Shown here: positions 17,901 through 26,305 of the stretch, piece by piece | How positions within the stretch are numbered: the stretch's first letter is position 1 | How the letters are laid out: every line of letters starts with the position of its first letter | Virus record (IMG/VR): IMGVR_UViG_3300025018_000262 | Location: 1-40,848 of that record | Reading direction: 5' to 3' (one strand) | DNA from: a virus | Taxonomy: Duplodnaviria; Caudoviricetes | Length of the DNA stretch: 40,848 nt | Position numbers and translations under genes: made by a program | Notes under the pieces: generated by a model | What the model was told of the DNA's origin: nothing | The model's input: only the letters and a program-made list of their open reading frames with translations | Databases searched by the model: none

Positions 17901-18483
17901 CAAAGGCGCCGCGGTCCTTGGCCTGGTCCGCCTCCATCTGGGCGGTGACATCGTCGACGATGCGGTTGGCGTCGTCCTGCTGCAGGCGGCGCAGCAGGGA
18001 CAGCGGGGTGAACTCGTCGGCCAGGGTGCCGTCGTTGTAGGCCGGCCCGATGATCCGGCCGTTGGGCTGGAACTTGTAGTTGGGCGAGTCGGCGACGAGC
18101 TTCTCGACCGCGGCGAGGCGGCCGAGGTCGTCGCGGCTGACGGCAGCGTACTCGGGGGCCTGTTCCAGCCAGGACGCCACCAGGGGGGAGTCGCGGCGGA
18201 AGGCGGCCGGGTCGAAGCCCTGGCGCGCGGTCTCCTGCTCGACCTGGTCGAGGTTGCGGTCGATGAAGTCGGACGGCATGCCGATGCGGTCGCGCATCTT
18301 CAGGACGCGCGCCGAGCGGGCCGGGTCCTTGATCAGGCCCAGGCGGGTGGTTGCGGCGAGGCGGTCGCCGATGGCGCCCCCGCTGTCGATGAACGCGAAG
18401 GGGTCGGCCGCCGCTTCCGGCGCTCCGGTCTGCGGGCTGACGGTGCTGCCGGCGGCGTCGATGACGGCGAAGGGATCAGGCAC
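11950..18483 (-). CDS. Large internal virion/DNA ejection protein (gp16-like, polyvalent type, HExxH domain)
   Basis: 2177 aa, Ala-rich, third ejection-gene position; RGSITF...ADLSTFLHESGH...HETWARSWEAYLMEGKAP. Confidence 0.75.
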   Translation of the reverse strand: MPDPFAVIDAAGSTVSPQTGAPEAAADPFAFIDSGGAIGDRLAATTRLGLIKDPARSARVLKMRDRIGMPSDFIDRNLDQVEQETARQGFDPAAFRRDSPLVASWLEQAPEYAAVSRDDLGRLAAVEKLVADSPNYKFQPNGRIIGPAYNDGTLADEFTPLSLLRRLQQDDANRIVDDVTAQMEADQAKDRGAFEAGFIQSGGSALRLVQSLTGQDSDATKRQLDRIARASATNDPGFWNDVVRGMGGLAADAPLMLAGGALAPLGRLKTLMGGGKLAGMAATAIAVQPLALREGILAGQDNGWANGLASWGIETVVPAAFGPTGVEKIIERLAARGVARESAGGFAAAAGGLLTQAGLEATEEGVTELAHALHEVISGIDPEALTGAKLWPRLGVAGVVGAAGGAGFNLPGAIAQMAAKGDTGGQVQRIEAALQAQALVQRLTDAASESTTAQNYEAGAKTLFQTITAGKAEQVYIDREGWDEVARKAGMDPRAAAIELIGGPPLVVGEPVDPKRARSLELAARAYDEAARTGAPLAIKTADLAFYLARKKEIADAVAKEIRLDPQAMNVREAEFELTAMATIPAAPGEQAQNTAQEESAAIQGEIEQDLAAQGYSADAARRNAVQMASVFRTQASRFNEGKAPDDPTRLTPAKLWQEWGVSINRSVADILAKPTFQTADQTLAAMRSRLKAQAYAKADAALAERDAARAAAQGQADQQLAQDAAGEAGEALITEATAALEQARAPGGLTYGDAMRVLGADFGFKPDATAAKLTPEQTRRGNLLALALRTRGGSLASLIEDAGASRPDPAATTARQAAPVKDDPRLEKLAADGLRLRDLVAYIQAGRGDLAELEQAAALAQEVGPELNRLPLDQERIEDIRAAVEFAQDGQTLNQGRELAAGKRGSITFGGKPNERRTLIRLFESADLSTFLHESGHLYLEVLADLAARPGAPAQIKADLAQALAYIGATDYASITTEQHETWARSWEAYLMEGKAPTAELRGVFARFAAWMASLYRSVKGLAVELSPEVRGVMDRLIATQEEIDAAAKSMGDDGFSAHAAEMGLSPEQAAQIVKADAEAFTQAQNDLQAQAMREIRREQEAHWQELRAEVLAEVEEEVNAQPVYIAESVLRRGTLPGGAPLREGMPAVKLDAAEIRQRMASRFASKEEQDANLKRLAMMRSSTSGIPLDQAAELFGFDSGADLLQGLLTMRPRKELIEAETDARMRQRFGDILTDGTIAEKAMDALHGEKRADVHQAKVQALARKVGKKSAPIEVMRAAAEARIAETPAGDVLPHLYLRAEVKAREQVQKHLAKQEWDGALAAKQRELLNHELYRAAIQARKDIDSALEYAKKFDEQKTRERVGKAGGWEWTVTAKDGARFQFPTEEDARQAAAKLGTTTWERTSGYLEQIDGLRERYSLKRGTAKDAERRQSLNAWVAQQQAAGVPVNLPPQLLNEARKVNWRKAPVADLIGLRDGLAHINHLANTKNKLSKAKKQRELLALARTLAATLERTKPNPKPADAEDGRGSKTMEKAADFWAAHRKAASLLREMDGWEDGGEWTAALMRPMNEAADYEATLAWAAKQKQDALWDAWHSSIGKTDWQPNDRRPFAGFRGGLTRMGSIMVALNWGNEGNRARLLEGNRLTEGQVQAVLDSLTAADWNLVEGVWEHIDSYWSEIQALEQRVTGVAPEKVEAAPFPTKHGTIKGGYFPIINNKEAATARIDGEAKDWAAQMAAQAFGRAVTKHGHTKARAAMGLGQPLSLDPNAIGRHLTQVIHDLTHREALNDAARILATAGDSIDRHMGTRTTAQLKTWLGDIATGGRPATGAAKMMGWLRRGFSMAAMGFRPMTAALQFTGFINGAQRVGVGRMAYAMRQLFDTPAGFDSSFQLAMSKSKMLANRMRTQTQDITEVMGGIKRDRFSQFQEGATRYGFWMIQKMQTVVDTATWLAGYAQAIEGGASEADAIAQADQVVLDTQSGGQIKDLSGVQRDAYGQAFTGAFTYGAMLFNQLHDVAGGTAARYRSGDKAGAFVQGFTGFMLTAALPAAMTLALRELLKGTPERERDPYLKRYGIELLSTIMGTMIGVRELSGSIQGFSYQGPATTKTLGAYSDLLVQIGQGELDKNLLRAANDAILGTLAMPAGQVWATGTGFLDWMDDPSIDLRPIVFGPPPKR

Positions 18484-18485
18484 GT

Positions 18486-20246
18486 TCAGCGCTCCTTCAG
18501 GATCTGGTCAAGCAGGGCGCGATCGCCCAGGAGGCGCGCGGCCATGACGCGCTGCACGCGGGCGTCGGTCGGGGTGCCGCCGTTCTGGCGGATTAGCTCG
18601 CGGATCGCCTGGGCCTTGCCTGGCTCGATCTGGTCGACGGGGACGTAGGCGTTGCCGCGGCGGTCCTTGGGCACGGTGGCGGCGACCATTTCCGGGTCGG
18701 TGCCCCATTCGTCCAGGCGTACCTTCTTCAGCATGACGGTGTCGGCCGCCTTGCGCACGTCCTCGATGTTGGGTTTGGTCCGCTTGTTGGTCGCGGCCAG
18801 GGCGTTGGCCTCCTGCTCGACCTCGCGCCGGAAGCCGATCGCCGCCTCGTTGGGCGTGGTCTTGCCGTCCTTGGTGACGTAGGGGCGCGGGTCGATGCCG
18901 AGCCCGGCCAGCGACTCGTTGACCACGTCCTCGCGGGAGGTCAGCCAGGCGGTGTCTCCCGCGGCGGTGCCGCCGTTGGTGGCCGCCTTGTTGATCTCCT
19001 TCTGGTAGCTGTCGAGCTTGTTCCAGTCGTCCTCGTTCATCTCCATCAGCAGGGGCCGGAGGTCGGTGCCGGCAAACTTGGTGCGCCCCTCGGGCGTGGA
19101 CGCCTTGGCCTCGATCTCGTAGCGCTTGGCGGCCGAGACCTGCCAGGGCAGGGACTGGCCCTTGACCTCGGCGGCGGCTTCGCGCTTGGCCCAGGCCTCC
19201 AGCTGCTGGCGCTTCTTCGGGTCGATGCGGCCCAGGGCTTCCAGGTCGGACTGCCGGTTGATGCCCTCCAGGCCCAGCGGGCTGGCCTTGGCCTGGGTGT
19301 AGAGGTCGGCCATCAGGTTGGCGGCCTGCTCGTCGCGCATGCGCTCGCGCAGGCCCAGCATGGTGACGGCGCGCTGCTCGACCGCGGCGCGCAGCTCGGG
19401 GTCGGCAATCTTGGCCGCCTCGGCCATCGCCGTCTCGATGTTCGATTCAGGCCGGGCCATGATCCCGTCGACCAGGCGCTGCGACTCGCCGCGGGTGCTG
19501 GCTGCCTTGGTTGCCGCCTCAGCGCGCTTCAGGTCGGCGGGGTTCTTCAGCTGGCCGCGGTAGCCCTCCAGCCACTTCTGGGCGGCCAGGTGGTTGCCGT
19601 CGTCGGCCAGCGCCTCGATGGCGTCGGCGGTGAACTTGGAGCGCAGGGCCTGCTGGCGGGCGTCGCGCGCCTCCTGCGGTACGCCCTGGCTGCGGTCGTA
19701 GGTCTCCAGCGTCGCCTGGGCGTCCTGCAGGTCGGTCCAGGCCATCAGCTCGTCGTTGCGGTTGGCGATGCCCGACTGGAACATGGTCGAGGCGCGGGCG
19801 TCGGCCTTCTGCTGGGCGACGATCTCGCCCTGGGCGATGACGTGGCCGTCGACGGTCTCGCGCAGGCCGAGGCCCAGGCGCTGCGCATCGCCGCGGAAGG
19901 CGTCGCGCTGGGCGTCGTTGGCCAGCTTGGACTCGACCTCCGTGGTGGTGTCGGCAAACTCCTTCTCGATTTCGTTGGCGATGGCCAGGGCCTGCTCGCC
20001 CTTGGCCGCCTTCAGCCGGTTGCCGAGCTCCAGGCGCTTTGCGGCGAGCTGCGCCGCGGCGTCGTCCACCTTGGCGCGGTTGGCCCGGTCCCACTCCTGG
20101 CCTTCCATGCCGCGGATGATGCCGGCGGTGCGCTGGATGTCCTGGCCCAGACCGGCGCCGAAGGCGTCGGCGCTAACCTCCTGCTGCGGCGCCACGCGCA
20201 GGGCGGTGGTCTGGATGATGCGCTCGTTGGTGGCGATTCTCGGCAT
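18486..20246 (-). CDS. Internal virion protein (gp15-like)
   Basis: MPRI start, helical Ala/Gln-rich, synteny. Confidence 0.65.
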   Translation of the reverse strand: MPRIATNERIIQTTALRVAPQQEVSADAFGAGLGQDIQRTAGIIRGMEGQEWDRANRAKVDDAAAQLAAKRLELGNRLKAAKGEQALAIANEIEKEFADTTTEVESKLANDAQRDAFRGDAQRLGLGLRETVDGHVIAQGEIVAQQKADARASTMFQSGIANRNDELMAWTDLQDAQATLETYDRSQGVPQEARDARQQALRSKFTADAIEALADDGNHLAAQKWLEGYRGQLKNPADLKRAEAATKAASTRGESQRLVDGIMARPESNIETAMAEAAKIADPELRAAVEQRAVTMLGLRERMRDEQAANLMADLYTQAKASPLGLEGINRQSDLEALGRIDPKKRQQLEAWAKREAAAEVKGQSLPWQVSAAKRYEIEAKASTPEGRTKFAGTDLRPLLMEMNEDDWNKLDSYQKEINKAATNGGTAAGDTAWLTSREDVVNESLAGLGIDPRPYVTKDGKTTPNEAAIGFRREVEQEANALAATNKRTKPNIEDVRKAADTVMLKKVRLDEWGTDPEMVAATVPKDRRGNAYVPVDQIEPGKAQAIRELIRQNGGTPTDARVQRVMAARLLGDRALLDQILKER

Positions 20247-20248
20247 GG

Positions 20249-20734
20249 TCAGGTCCCCGCCTGCGTCGGGTTGCGGTAGCGGTAGTCCTGCGCCATTGCA
20301 GCAGTCTGTGCGGCGCCGGTGAGTAGGGAACCCGTCGCATTGAGGACGGCGCCTCGGTAGGCGTACTTCCCGGCCCGGCGGGACTCTGCCGCCTGGGCGC
20401 GGTAGCCCATCGCCTCGCGCCAGGCGTTGCCCTTGATGGTGCGAGCGTTGCGCACCGTGGAGCGCTCCAGGTCGGCAGCGGCGGCGTCGACCGTCTCGCT
20501 GTCCAGGGTGATGCCCTGGGCGGCGAAGCTGGAACGCTGCGAGCCCAGAATGCCGCGGGCCTGCTCCTGCTCGATGCCGACCGCCTCCTCACCACGGGCG
20601 ATGGAGTCAACCGCCTGAGCCTCGAATAGCCTGGCGTTGTACTCGTTGGTGCGCCGGTTCTCTTTCCCGGCGGCGACCTGGCCGGCGAAGCTGACTCCGG
20701 TTCCAACGGCCATCAGTGCAGCGGTTGCGCCCAT
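20249..20734 (-). CDS. Internal virion protein (gp14-like)
   Basis: Hydrophobic N-terminus, GSQRSSFAAQGITLD motif, synteny. Confidence 0.7.
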   Translation of the reverse strand: MGATAALMAVGTGVSFAGQVAAGKENRRTNEYNARLFEAQAVDSIARGEEAVGIEQEQARGILGSQRSSFAAQGITLDSETVDAAAADLERSTVRNARTIKGNAWREAMGYRAQAAESRRAGKYAYRGAVLNATGSLLTGAAQTAAMAQDYRYRNPTQAGT

Positions 20735-20736
20735 GG

Positions 20737-23454
20737 TCAGCCTCCGATCTTGCCGCGCGGGATGGCCGCGAGGATGGTCATGGGCAAGGGGTCGCGCTGG
20801 CGGACGAGTATCCGCCCCTTCTCGCCCCAGGTGCCCGCGGTGTTCTTGTCGAAGGTGCCGGTCCGCACGCGCGTCGCCTCGCCGTAGCCCTCGGCGGCGC
20901 GCTGCTTGATCTCGGACATGTTCTTGGTCAGCCAGGCGGCGGTCCCGTCGTCGTCGGTCTTGGGGCAGCCGGCCCAGCCGCCGCGCGTGTCCTGCACCAG
21001 CAGGGTGACGCCCTGCACGAGCTTCTGCTTGTCGATCAGGGTCTCGCTGTTGGGGTCCTCCCAGTCCAGGGTCTCCAGGTCGGCGAGGTAGGGCAGGCCG
21101 ACGTGGACGATGCTGGCGGGCGTCTGCAGGGTGATCGTGCCGCTGGTGACGGTCAGCTGGGGATCGTCGAAGCCATTGGCGACCACGTTGCCATCGGCGA
21201 GGACGGCGACGCTCTTGCCTTCCAGGTGCGACAGGCCGGCGATCTCGTCGACCGCGCGCGACCAGGTGGCGGTGGCGATGTTCCGCTGGCTGGCCGGCAC
21301 GTCGTGGGCTGGCTCGACCGTGACGTGGGTGGTGTCAGTGTAGGCGGTGACCAGGCAGGACAGCGCCACGCCGCCGATGGTCAGGACGTAGGCGTTGCCG
21401 ACCTCGCCGGCGCTGAAGATGGCGGCCGAGGCGGTCAGGGTGATCGGCTCGGTGTAGGACCAGGTCGACAACGTGGACAGGGTCAGCGTCGTGGCGGTGG
21501 CGTTGGTCCCGTCGTAGGTGGCGCCGCAGTCCATGAAGAAGGCGTCGCGCGCCAGGCTGGCGATGCGGCGCGAGGCGAAGCGCTCGACGAAGCGGCGCGC
21601 GGTGCCGTTGATGGTGCGCTCGACCACGACATAAAGCGCGTCCTCGTCGCCCTCGGGAACGCTCTCGACATCGAGGAAGTCCCCATCGGTGTCGCACATG
21701 AACCAGCCCCAGACCTCGTGCTCCTTGACGTAGGTCAGGCCCAGCAGGGCGCCGTCGCTGCGAACAACCCAGAGCACGCTGTGCGGGTTCTCCTGGTAGG
21801 CCCAGGCGACGATGGTGTAGCCGTCGAACAGGTGCTGGGCGAAGATGGTCAGGTCGCGGCCCTTCTGGCCCTGTACCAGGTCGAGCTGCAGGTCGCGGAT
21901 AATGGTCCCGCGCGCCTGGACGTAGAGGAGGCTGTTGCCGATCGTGACCGGGCGCAGGTAGCTGCTGCCATGCTTGTCGACGAACGACGGGTTGACCGAG
22001 TCCCAGCGGATCGCGCCGCTGGAGTCACCGTCCAGCACCCATATGGCGCCGGACGTGAAGACCACGGGCTTGCCCATGTTGACGATGTGGCGGACCTCGT
22101 TGACCTCCTCGTCGTTGATGTTGAAGCCGATGGCGTCGTCGTCCTGCAGCGGGCTGCTGGTGCTGAAGTCGTTGAAGATGCCCGACCGCGACAGCTTGAT
22201 GCCCTCGGGCGTGTCGGTGGCCCCGGCGGCGGTGAAGCGCTGCTGGATGTAGGCGCCGGTCTGCGGGTACTTCCCAGGCGCGTCGAAGACTTCCGCCGGG
22301 GTCGCCAGGTTGGTCAGGCCCGAGGGTCGATAGTTGATGTCCTTGAAGCTGGTGCCAACGGCCGAGCCGATGAACCCGTAAACCCCGTTCGTCTCCTTGT
22401 AGACGTTGTATTCCAGGGCGGCAGCGACGGCGGTCCAGCTGATGACGTTGGGCGCGGCGGCGGTTGGCGTGGCCGCGCTGTCGATGCGGGCGTAGGTGCG
22501 CGCGCTGGTGCCGCCGGCGGTGTAGGCTCCGTAGGCGGTCGAGTCGATGCCGTCCAGGGTGTAGGTGTCGGCGCCGGTCTTGGTGATGATGAAGGTCTCG
22601 CCATTCAGCTGGGTCATGCCGCCGATGCTGGCGAGGGTGATCTCGTCGCCCGTGCTGTAGCCGTGCGCCACGCTGGTGATCGCGCAGGGGTTGGCCTGCG
22701 TCGCGCCGGTGATGTTCTTGGTCGTCTCCAGCCCAGCCAGCGACTCCTCGAAGGTCTCGGGCAGCACAGCGGTGACGCGGTAGCGGAAGGACAGCGCGCC
22801 GGCCCCGCCGATGGTCGAGCTGCAGCCGGTCGGCCGGCTGATCGACGGGGTGAAGGCGGCAGGCGTCAGCACCCAGTCGGTGGCCCCGTAGCGGCGCAGC
22901 TCGTGGATGGGGTAGGTCGGGTGGAAGATGGTCATCACGTCGGCCGACTGCGTGAACTGCAGGCGGCGGACATCGGCATGCGCGTAGGGCGTCGGGATCT
23001 CGAAGATGCCGCCGGCCGGCATGGGATACCAGGCGGTCGGGTTGCTGGCCGGCGTCAGGTTCAGGCTGGCGGTTTTGGCGTAGTAGTTGACCCCGGCCGA
23101 GCTGACCAGGTCGCCCACGGCGTAGGTGGTGGCGGCGGACCAGGCGGTCAGACCCGACACGGTGACGCCGACGCCGGCCTGGATCAGGCGCAGGGTGAAG
23201 TCGCCCCATTCCAGTTGGTAGGTCTGCGCCTCGTTGTAGACGAAGCGACGCAGGCGGGTGTTCTTGCCCGACGTGCTGCCAACCGTCTCGCGCACCAGCT
23301 TGGTGCCGCTGCGGTTGGTGACGCCGCCGAAGCGCTGGACGATGAAGTTGCGGATCCGCCGGGCGCCAGTGGCGTACTTGGCCTGATCGGCTCGGCCGTA
23401 GGTGGCCGGGGCGACCTCGCCCCCGGCGAACGATCTCTGAACTACGGAAGTCAC
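20737..23454 (-). CDS. Tail tubular protein B / nozzle (T7 gp12-like)
   Basis: QRSFAGGEVAP..YGR.D...Y..G.....NF.V...GG...R.GT; QSADV; C-terminal PLPMTILA. Confidence 0.85.
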   Translation of the reverse strand: MTSVVQRSFAGGEVAPATYGRADQAKYATGARRIRNFIVQRFGGVTNRSGTKLVRETVGSTSGKNTRLRRFVYNEAQTYQLEWGDFTLRLIQAGVGVTVSGLTAWSAATTYAVGDLVSSAGVNYYAKTASLNLTPASNPTAWYPMPAGGIFEIPTPYAHADVRRLQFTQSADVMTIFHPTYPIHELRRYGATDWVLTPAAFTPSISRPTGCSSTIGGAGALSFRYRVTAVLPETFEESLAGLETTKNITGATQANPCAITSVAHGYSTGDEITLASIGGMTQLNGETFIITKTGADTYTLDGIDSTAYGAYTAGGTSARTYARIDSAATPTAAAPNVISWTAVAAALEYNVYKETNGVYGFIGSAVGTSFKDINYRPSGLTNLATPAEVFDAPGKYPQTGAYIQQRFTAAGATDTPEGIKLSRSGIFNDFSTSSPLQDDDAIGFNINDEEVNEVRHIVNMGKPVVFTSGAIWVLDGDSSGAIRWDSVNPSFVDKHGSSYLRPVTIGNSLLYVQARGTIIRDLQLDLVQGQKGRDLTIFAQHLFDGYTIVAWAYQENPHSVLWVVRSDGALLGLTYVKEHEVWGWFMCDTDGDFLDVESVPEGDEDALYVVVERTINGTARRFVERFASRRIASLARDAFFMDCGATYDGTNATATTLTLSTLSTWSYTEPITLTASAAIFSAGEVGNAYVLTIGGVALSCLVTAYTDTTHVTVEPAHDVPASQRNIATATWSRAVDEIAGLSHLEGKSVAVLADGNVVANGFDDPQLTVTSGTITLQTPASIVHVGLPYLADLETLDWEDPNSETLIDKQKLVQGVTLLVQDTRGGWAGCPKTDDDGTAAWLTKNMSEIKQRAAEGYGEATRVRTGTFDKNTAGTWGEKGRILVRQRDPLPMTILAAIPRGKIGG

Positions 23455-23457
23455 TGT

Positions 23458-24030
23458 TTACTCCCGCCCGCTGATGGCTTCGGCCTCGCGGTGCGCGTCC
23501 TGCTCGGGCTCGTTCTGCCGGGTGGTGGTGGCCGCGGCCAGGTCGGTGCGGAAGCGCTGGGCGGCGCGGTCGGTCACGCTGTCGGTGCGCGCCAGGGCCG
23601 GGGCGATGTCCATGGCCAGGCGGCTGGCCAGCAGCATGGCGACATCGTGGGGCAGCAGCGCCACGTCCTCGACCCGGGCGGTATAGATGAGGGTCGCCGG
23701 GTTGGTGTTGGCGTACAGCAGGCCGCCACTGGCATCGCTGGTGATCTTGAAGGCGTAGCCGTCGCCGAGGGTGCGCGCGACCAGGCAGTCGCTGGGCAGG
23801 CGGTAGCTGTAGGCCCATCCGTTCTCTGGATCGTCGGCGACCAGGCCCAGGCCGGCGGTGCGCCGGGCGAAGGGCCAGTCGTGCGCGGACAGCAGGTCAT
23901 CGCGGCAGGCGTCCAGGTGCAGGCTGCACGCACGGGCCTCGTCGCTGGCCTCGTCCAAGTCGTCGATGCCCTGCAGGATCCCGATGCGGGCCAGGGCCAG
24001 GTTGCTGATCTGGACAGATGAGAGGGCCAT
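23458..24030 (-). CDS. Tail tubular protein A / adaptor (T7 gp11-like)
   Basis: ISNLALARIG, HDWPFA, WAYSYRLPSDCL. Confidence 0.85.
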   Translation of the reverse strand: MALSSVQISNLALARIGILQGIDDLDEASDEARACSLHLDACRDDLLSAHDWPFARRTAGLGLVADDPENGWAYSYRLPSDCLVARTLGDGYAFKITSDASGGLLYANTNPATLIYTARVEDVALLPHDVAMLLASRLAMDIAPALARTDSVTDRAAQRFRTDLAAATTTRQNEPEQDAHREAEAISGRE

Positions 24031-24037
24031 GGGTGTC

Positions 24038-24136
24038 CTAGCGGCGGTTGCGACGGCGGGCGCGGATCAGCCAGAAGCCCTCGGCGGTCGGGGTTGGCGG
24101 CGTGCCGCCGGGCTGGAACCAGAAGAAGATCAGCAT
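24038..24136 (-). CDS. Micro-protein (32 aa) with Arg-rich tail
   Basis: MLIFFWFQPGGTPPTPTAEGFWLIRARRRNRR fills the gap between two virion genes. Confidence 0.55.
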   Translation of the reverse strand: MLIFFWFQPGGTPPTPTAEGFWLIRARRRNRR

Positions 24137-24138
24137 GG

Positions 24139-25179
24139 CTAGATGTAACTCAGCGCGACTTTGACCTGGGCGGCGGCGACAGCGGTGGTGTCGGCGTCTG
24201 CCGGCCCTCCGGTGATCGCCATGGCGATACCGGTGGCGAAGCGGTGGCCTGGGATCGACCAGTTCCGCATGTGGTCGCCGCCCGCCGGCACCGGCAGAAC
24301 GAATATCGGCACGTCGCTGGCGAGAACTGGCGCGGTGGTCTTGTTGTAGAGCTTGATGTATGCAACCGCAGCACCGGCATTGAAGGCCTGGATCGCATAG
24401 ACTGAACCGGCCGATGCCTTCACCGCCACCAGGTTGGTGTCGGCGGTGCTGTTGCGGTTCAACGGCGTGGGCGTGGTGATCGTGCCGAGGTTGGCCGTCA
24501 CCGTGCCGCTAACCGGCTGCGTGCCGCTGATCTGCGCGGCGGGGATCGGCTCGGTGGCGTAGGTCCCCTGCACGAACCGCCAGGCCTGCGTGCCGCTGGT
24601 GCGGGCGGTGCAGCGGACGCGGAAACGCTTGAGGGCGTTGACGCTCATTTCCCAGGCATAGGTGGGCTGCGCGCTAAGGTTGCCTGTGGCGGTTTCGATA
24701 GTGTTGGCGTTCGACCTTACGGCCTGAATGCTGAACCAGTTGGTGTCGCCGGAGGCTTCCAGTGACCCCTCGAAGCTGACGTTCACCGTGTTGAACGTGC
24801 CGGTGCAGAACGCCATGACATTGGATGCCCGCGACACGTCGCCTTCAACCGTGCCGCCAGCCACGGGCGTCCCGATGGTCGCCTGCACGGCGGTGATGTT
24901 GCCGGTAATGTCCGCGTAGGTGGCTGGCTTGGTGCTGACCTTGAGCCGCCCGCCCTCGTCGGTCATCAGCGGCGACGGCTCACCATCGGCCACCAGCGGG
25001 ACGCCGTCCGCGTCGTTGCGCTGGGCAACGATGGCTGGAAGCGGGTTTGATGCCGAGACCAGCGCGGCGCTGCCGTCGCTGCCAATGGCCAGCTTGATGA
25101 TCTGGTACTGAACGCCGCCCACGTCATCGGTGGCGATGGTCGCGCCTGCCCCCGGCGTCACGTCGACGTTGTCGGCCAT
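24139..25179 (-). CDS. Putative virion decoration/fibre protein
   Basis: Thr/Gly/Ala-rich beta-strand composition inside the structural operon. Confidence 0.6.
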   Translation of the reverse strand: MADNVDVTPGAGATIATDDVGGVQYQIIKLAIGSDGSAALVSASNPLPAIVAQRNDADGVPLVADGEPSPLMTDEGGRLKVSTKPATYADITGNITAVQATIGTPVAGGTVEGDVSRASNVMAFCTGTFNTVNVSFEGSLEASGDTNWFSIQAVRSNANTIETATGNLSAQPTYAWEMSVNALKRFRVRCTARTSGTQAWRFVQGTYATEPIPAAQISGTQPVSGTVTANLGTITTPTPLNRNSTADTNLVAVKASAGSVYAIQAFNAGAAVAYIKLYNKTTAPVLASDVPIFVLPVPAGGDHMRNWSIPGHRFATGIAMAITGGPADADTTAVAAAQVKVALSYI

Positions 25180-25182
25180 GGA

Positions 25183-25659
25183 TCAGCCCTTGGCGGCGGC
25201 GGTGATGCGATCCGCTCGGGCGATGACGGTCTGCGCCTCGGCAAGCCTGGCATGGATCTCATCGAGCTGCGCCTGAGCCGCGGCGGTGGCCTGCTCGGCC
25301 TTGCGCTGGTCCGCCTCGGCGCGGCGCTCCTTGGCCTTGGCTGCATCGACCATGTCGAGCGCTGCGGCGGTCAGCTTCTCGGCCTCGGTGACGGCATCGG
25401 CCTTGATGGTCTCTGCGTCCTGCTTGGCCAGTTCGACGATGCCGCGCGCCTCGGCCTTCCGGCTTTCGATCTCGACGGCGATGGCGGCGCGCTGCGCCAC
25501 GATGTCGGCCTCCTGGGCGCGCAGCTTGGCGATGCGGCCCTCGTGCTCGGCTTCGAACTGGACCAGCGCGTTGTGTTTGTCGGCGATCTCGACCAGGCCG
25601 GCCAGCGCCTCGGCCATGCCGGCAAACTCGCGGACCTTCTTGGGGATGTCGATGGGCAT
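25183..25659 (-). CDS. Coiled-coil hypothetical protein
   Basis: AEK-rich helix; operon spacing. Confidence 0.65.
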   Translation of the reverse strand: MPIDIPKKVREFAGMAEALAGLVEIADKHNALVQFEAEHEGRIAKLRAQEADIVAQRAAIAVEIESRKAEARGIVELAKQDAETIKADAVTEAEKLTAAALDMVDAAKAKERRAEADQRKAEQATAAAQAQLDEIHARLAEAQTVIARADRITAAAKG

Positions 25660-25663
25660 GTGA

Positions 25664-26032
25664 TCAGCTCCGAGACAGCAGGGTGATGACCAGCGCGGTG
25701 GATCCGCCGCCGCCGGTGGTCTTGGGCCTCACGGCGACCGTCGCTTCGCTGATGGCCTCGATCTTGGTCGAGTAGCCGGCCGGGTAGCTGGTGAAGGTCA
25801 GGTCGTTGCCCTGGGGGTCGGTGAGGATTCCCCAGGTCGTACCGTCGATGGTGCCCTCGATCTTCAGCGTGGCGCCGTCGAAGGGGCCGGTAATCTGGAC
25901 CGATCGGTCGGCGTGCCTGGGCAGCGCAACGCCAGCACCTTCCTCGTCGGCGGGCATGGCCCACTGGCGCAGGAAGGTGTTGTCGTACTCGCCGCCGGGC
26001 GGCGTCTCGATCCGGTTGCTGGAAATGGTCAT
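25664..26032 (-). CDS. Small beta-sandwich virion protein (putative)
   Basis: SVQITGPFDGATLKIEGTIDGTTW motif; ATG 26032. Confidence 0.6.
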   Translation of the reverse strand: MTISSNRIETPPGGEYDNTFLRQWAMPADEEGAGVALPRHADRSVQITGPFDGATLKIEGTIDGTTWGILTDPQGNDLTFTSYPAGYSTKIEAISEATVAVRPKTTGGGGSTALVITLLSRS

Positions 26033-26086
26033 GGCGGGTGGTTCCTCGCGGCGGCCCACCCAGCCAGGATCGGCCGCCGGGTTGGG

Positions 26087-26293
26087 CTACTTGGTGGGTT
26101 CGGTCTTGGCCTTGGGGCCGGTCTTGGGCTCGGCCGGCGGGGTCTTGTCGACCGCGTCAGCCTCGACCTTGACGAACCACTTGCCGAGCTTGCGGTCGTC
26201 GGGGTAGTCGAACACCTGGCCGACCTTGATGTCGACCGGGTGCCCGTTCTTGTTGATGTCGAAGAAGCCGGGAGCGATGGCGCGGACGCGCAT
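26087..26293 (-). CDS. Small head-associated hypothetical protein
   Basis: MRVRAIAPGFF...GQVF...KWF; GGAG SD. Confidence 0.65.
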   Translation of the reverse strand: MRVRAIAPGFFDINKNGHPVDIKVGQVFDYPDDRKLGKWFVKVEADAVDKTPPAEPKTGPKAKTEPTK

Positions 26294-26305
26294 GGCGTGG
26301 ACTCC

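Noticed and set aside
15172-24021. Very long plus-strand ORFs (1158 aa at 15172-18648, 1101 aa at 20716-24021)
   Set aside because: Antisense shadows of high-GC virion genes, with no motifs and typical reverse-frame composition
26033-26086. GC-rich possible hairpin after the capsid cluster
   Set aside because: Pairing is ambiguous, there is no U-tract, and it is plausible by chance at this GC content
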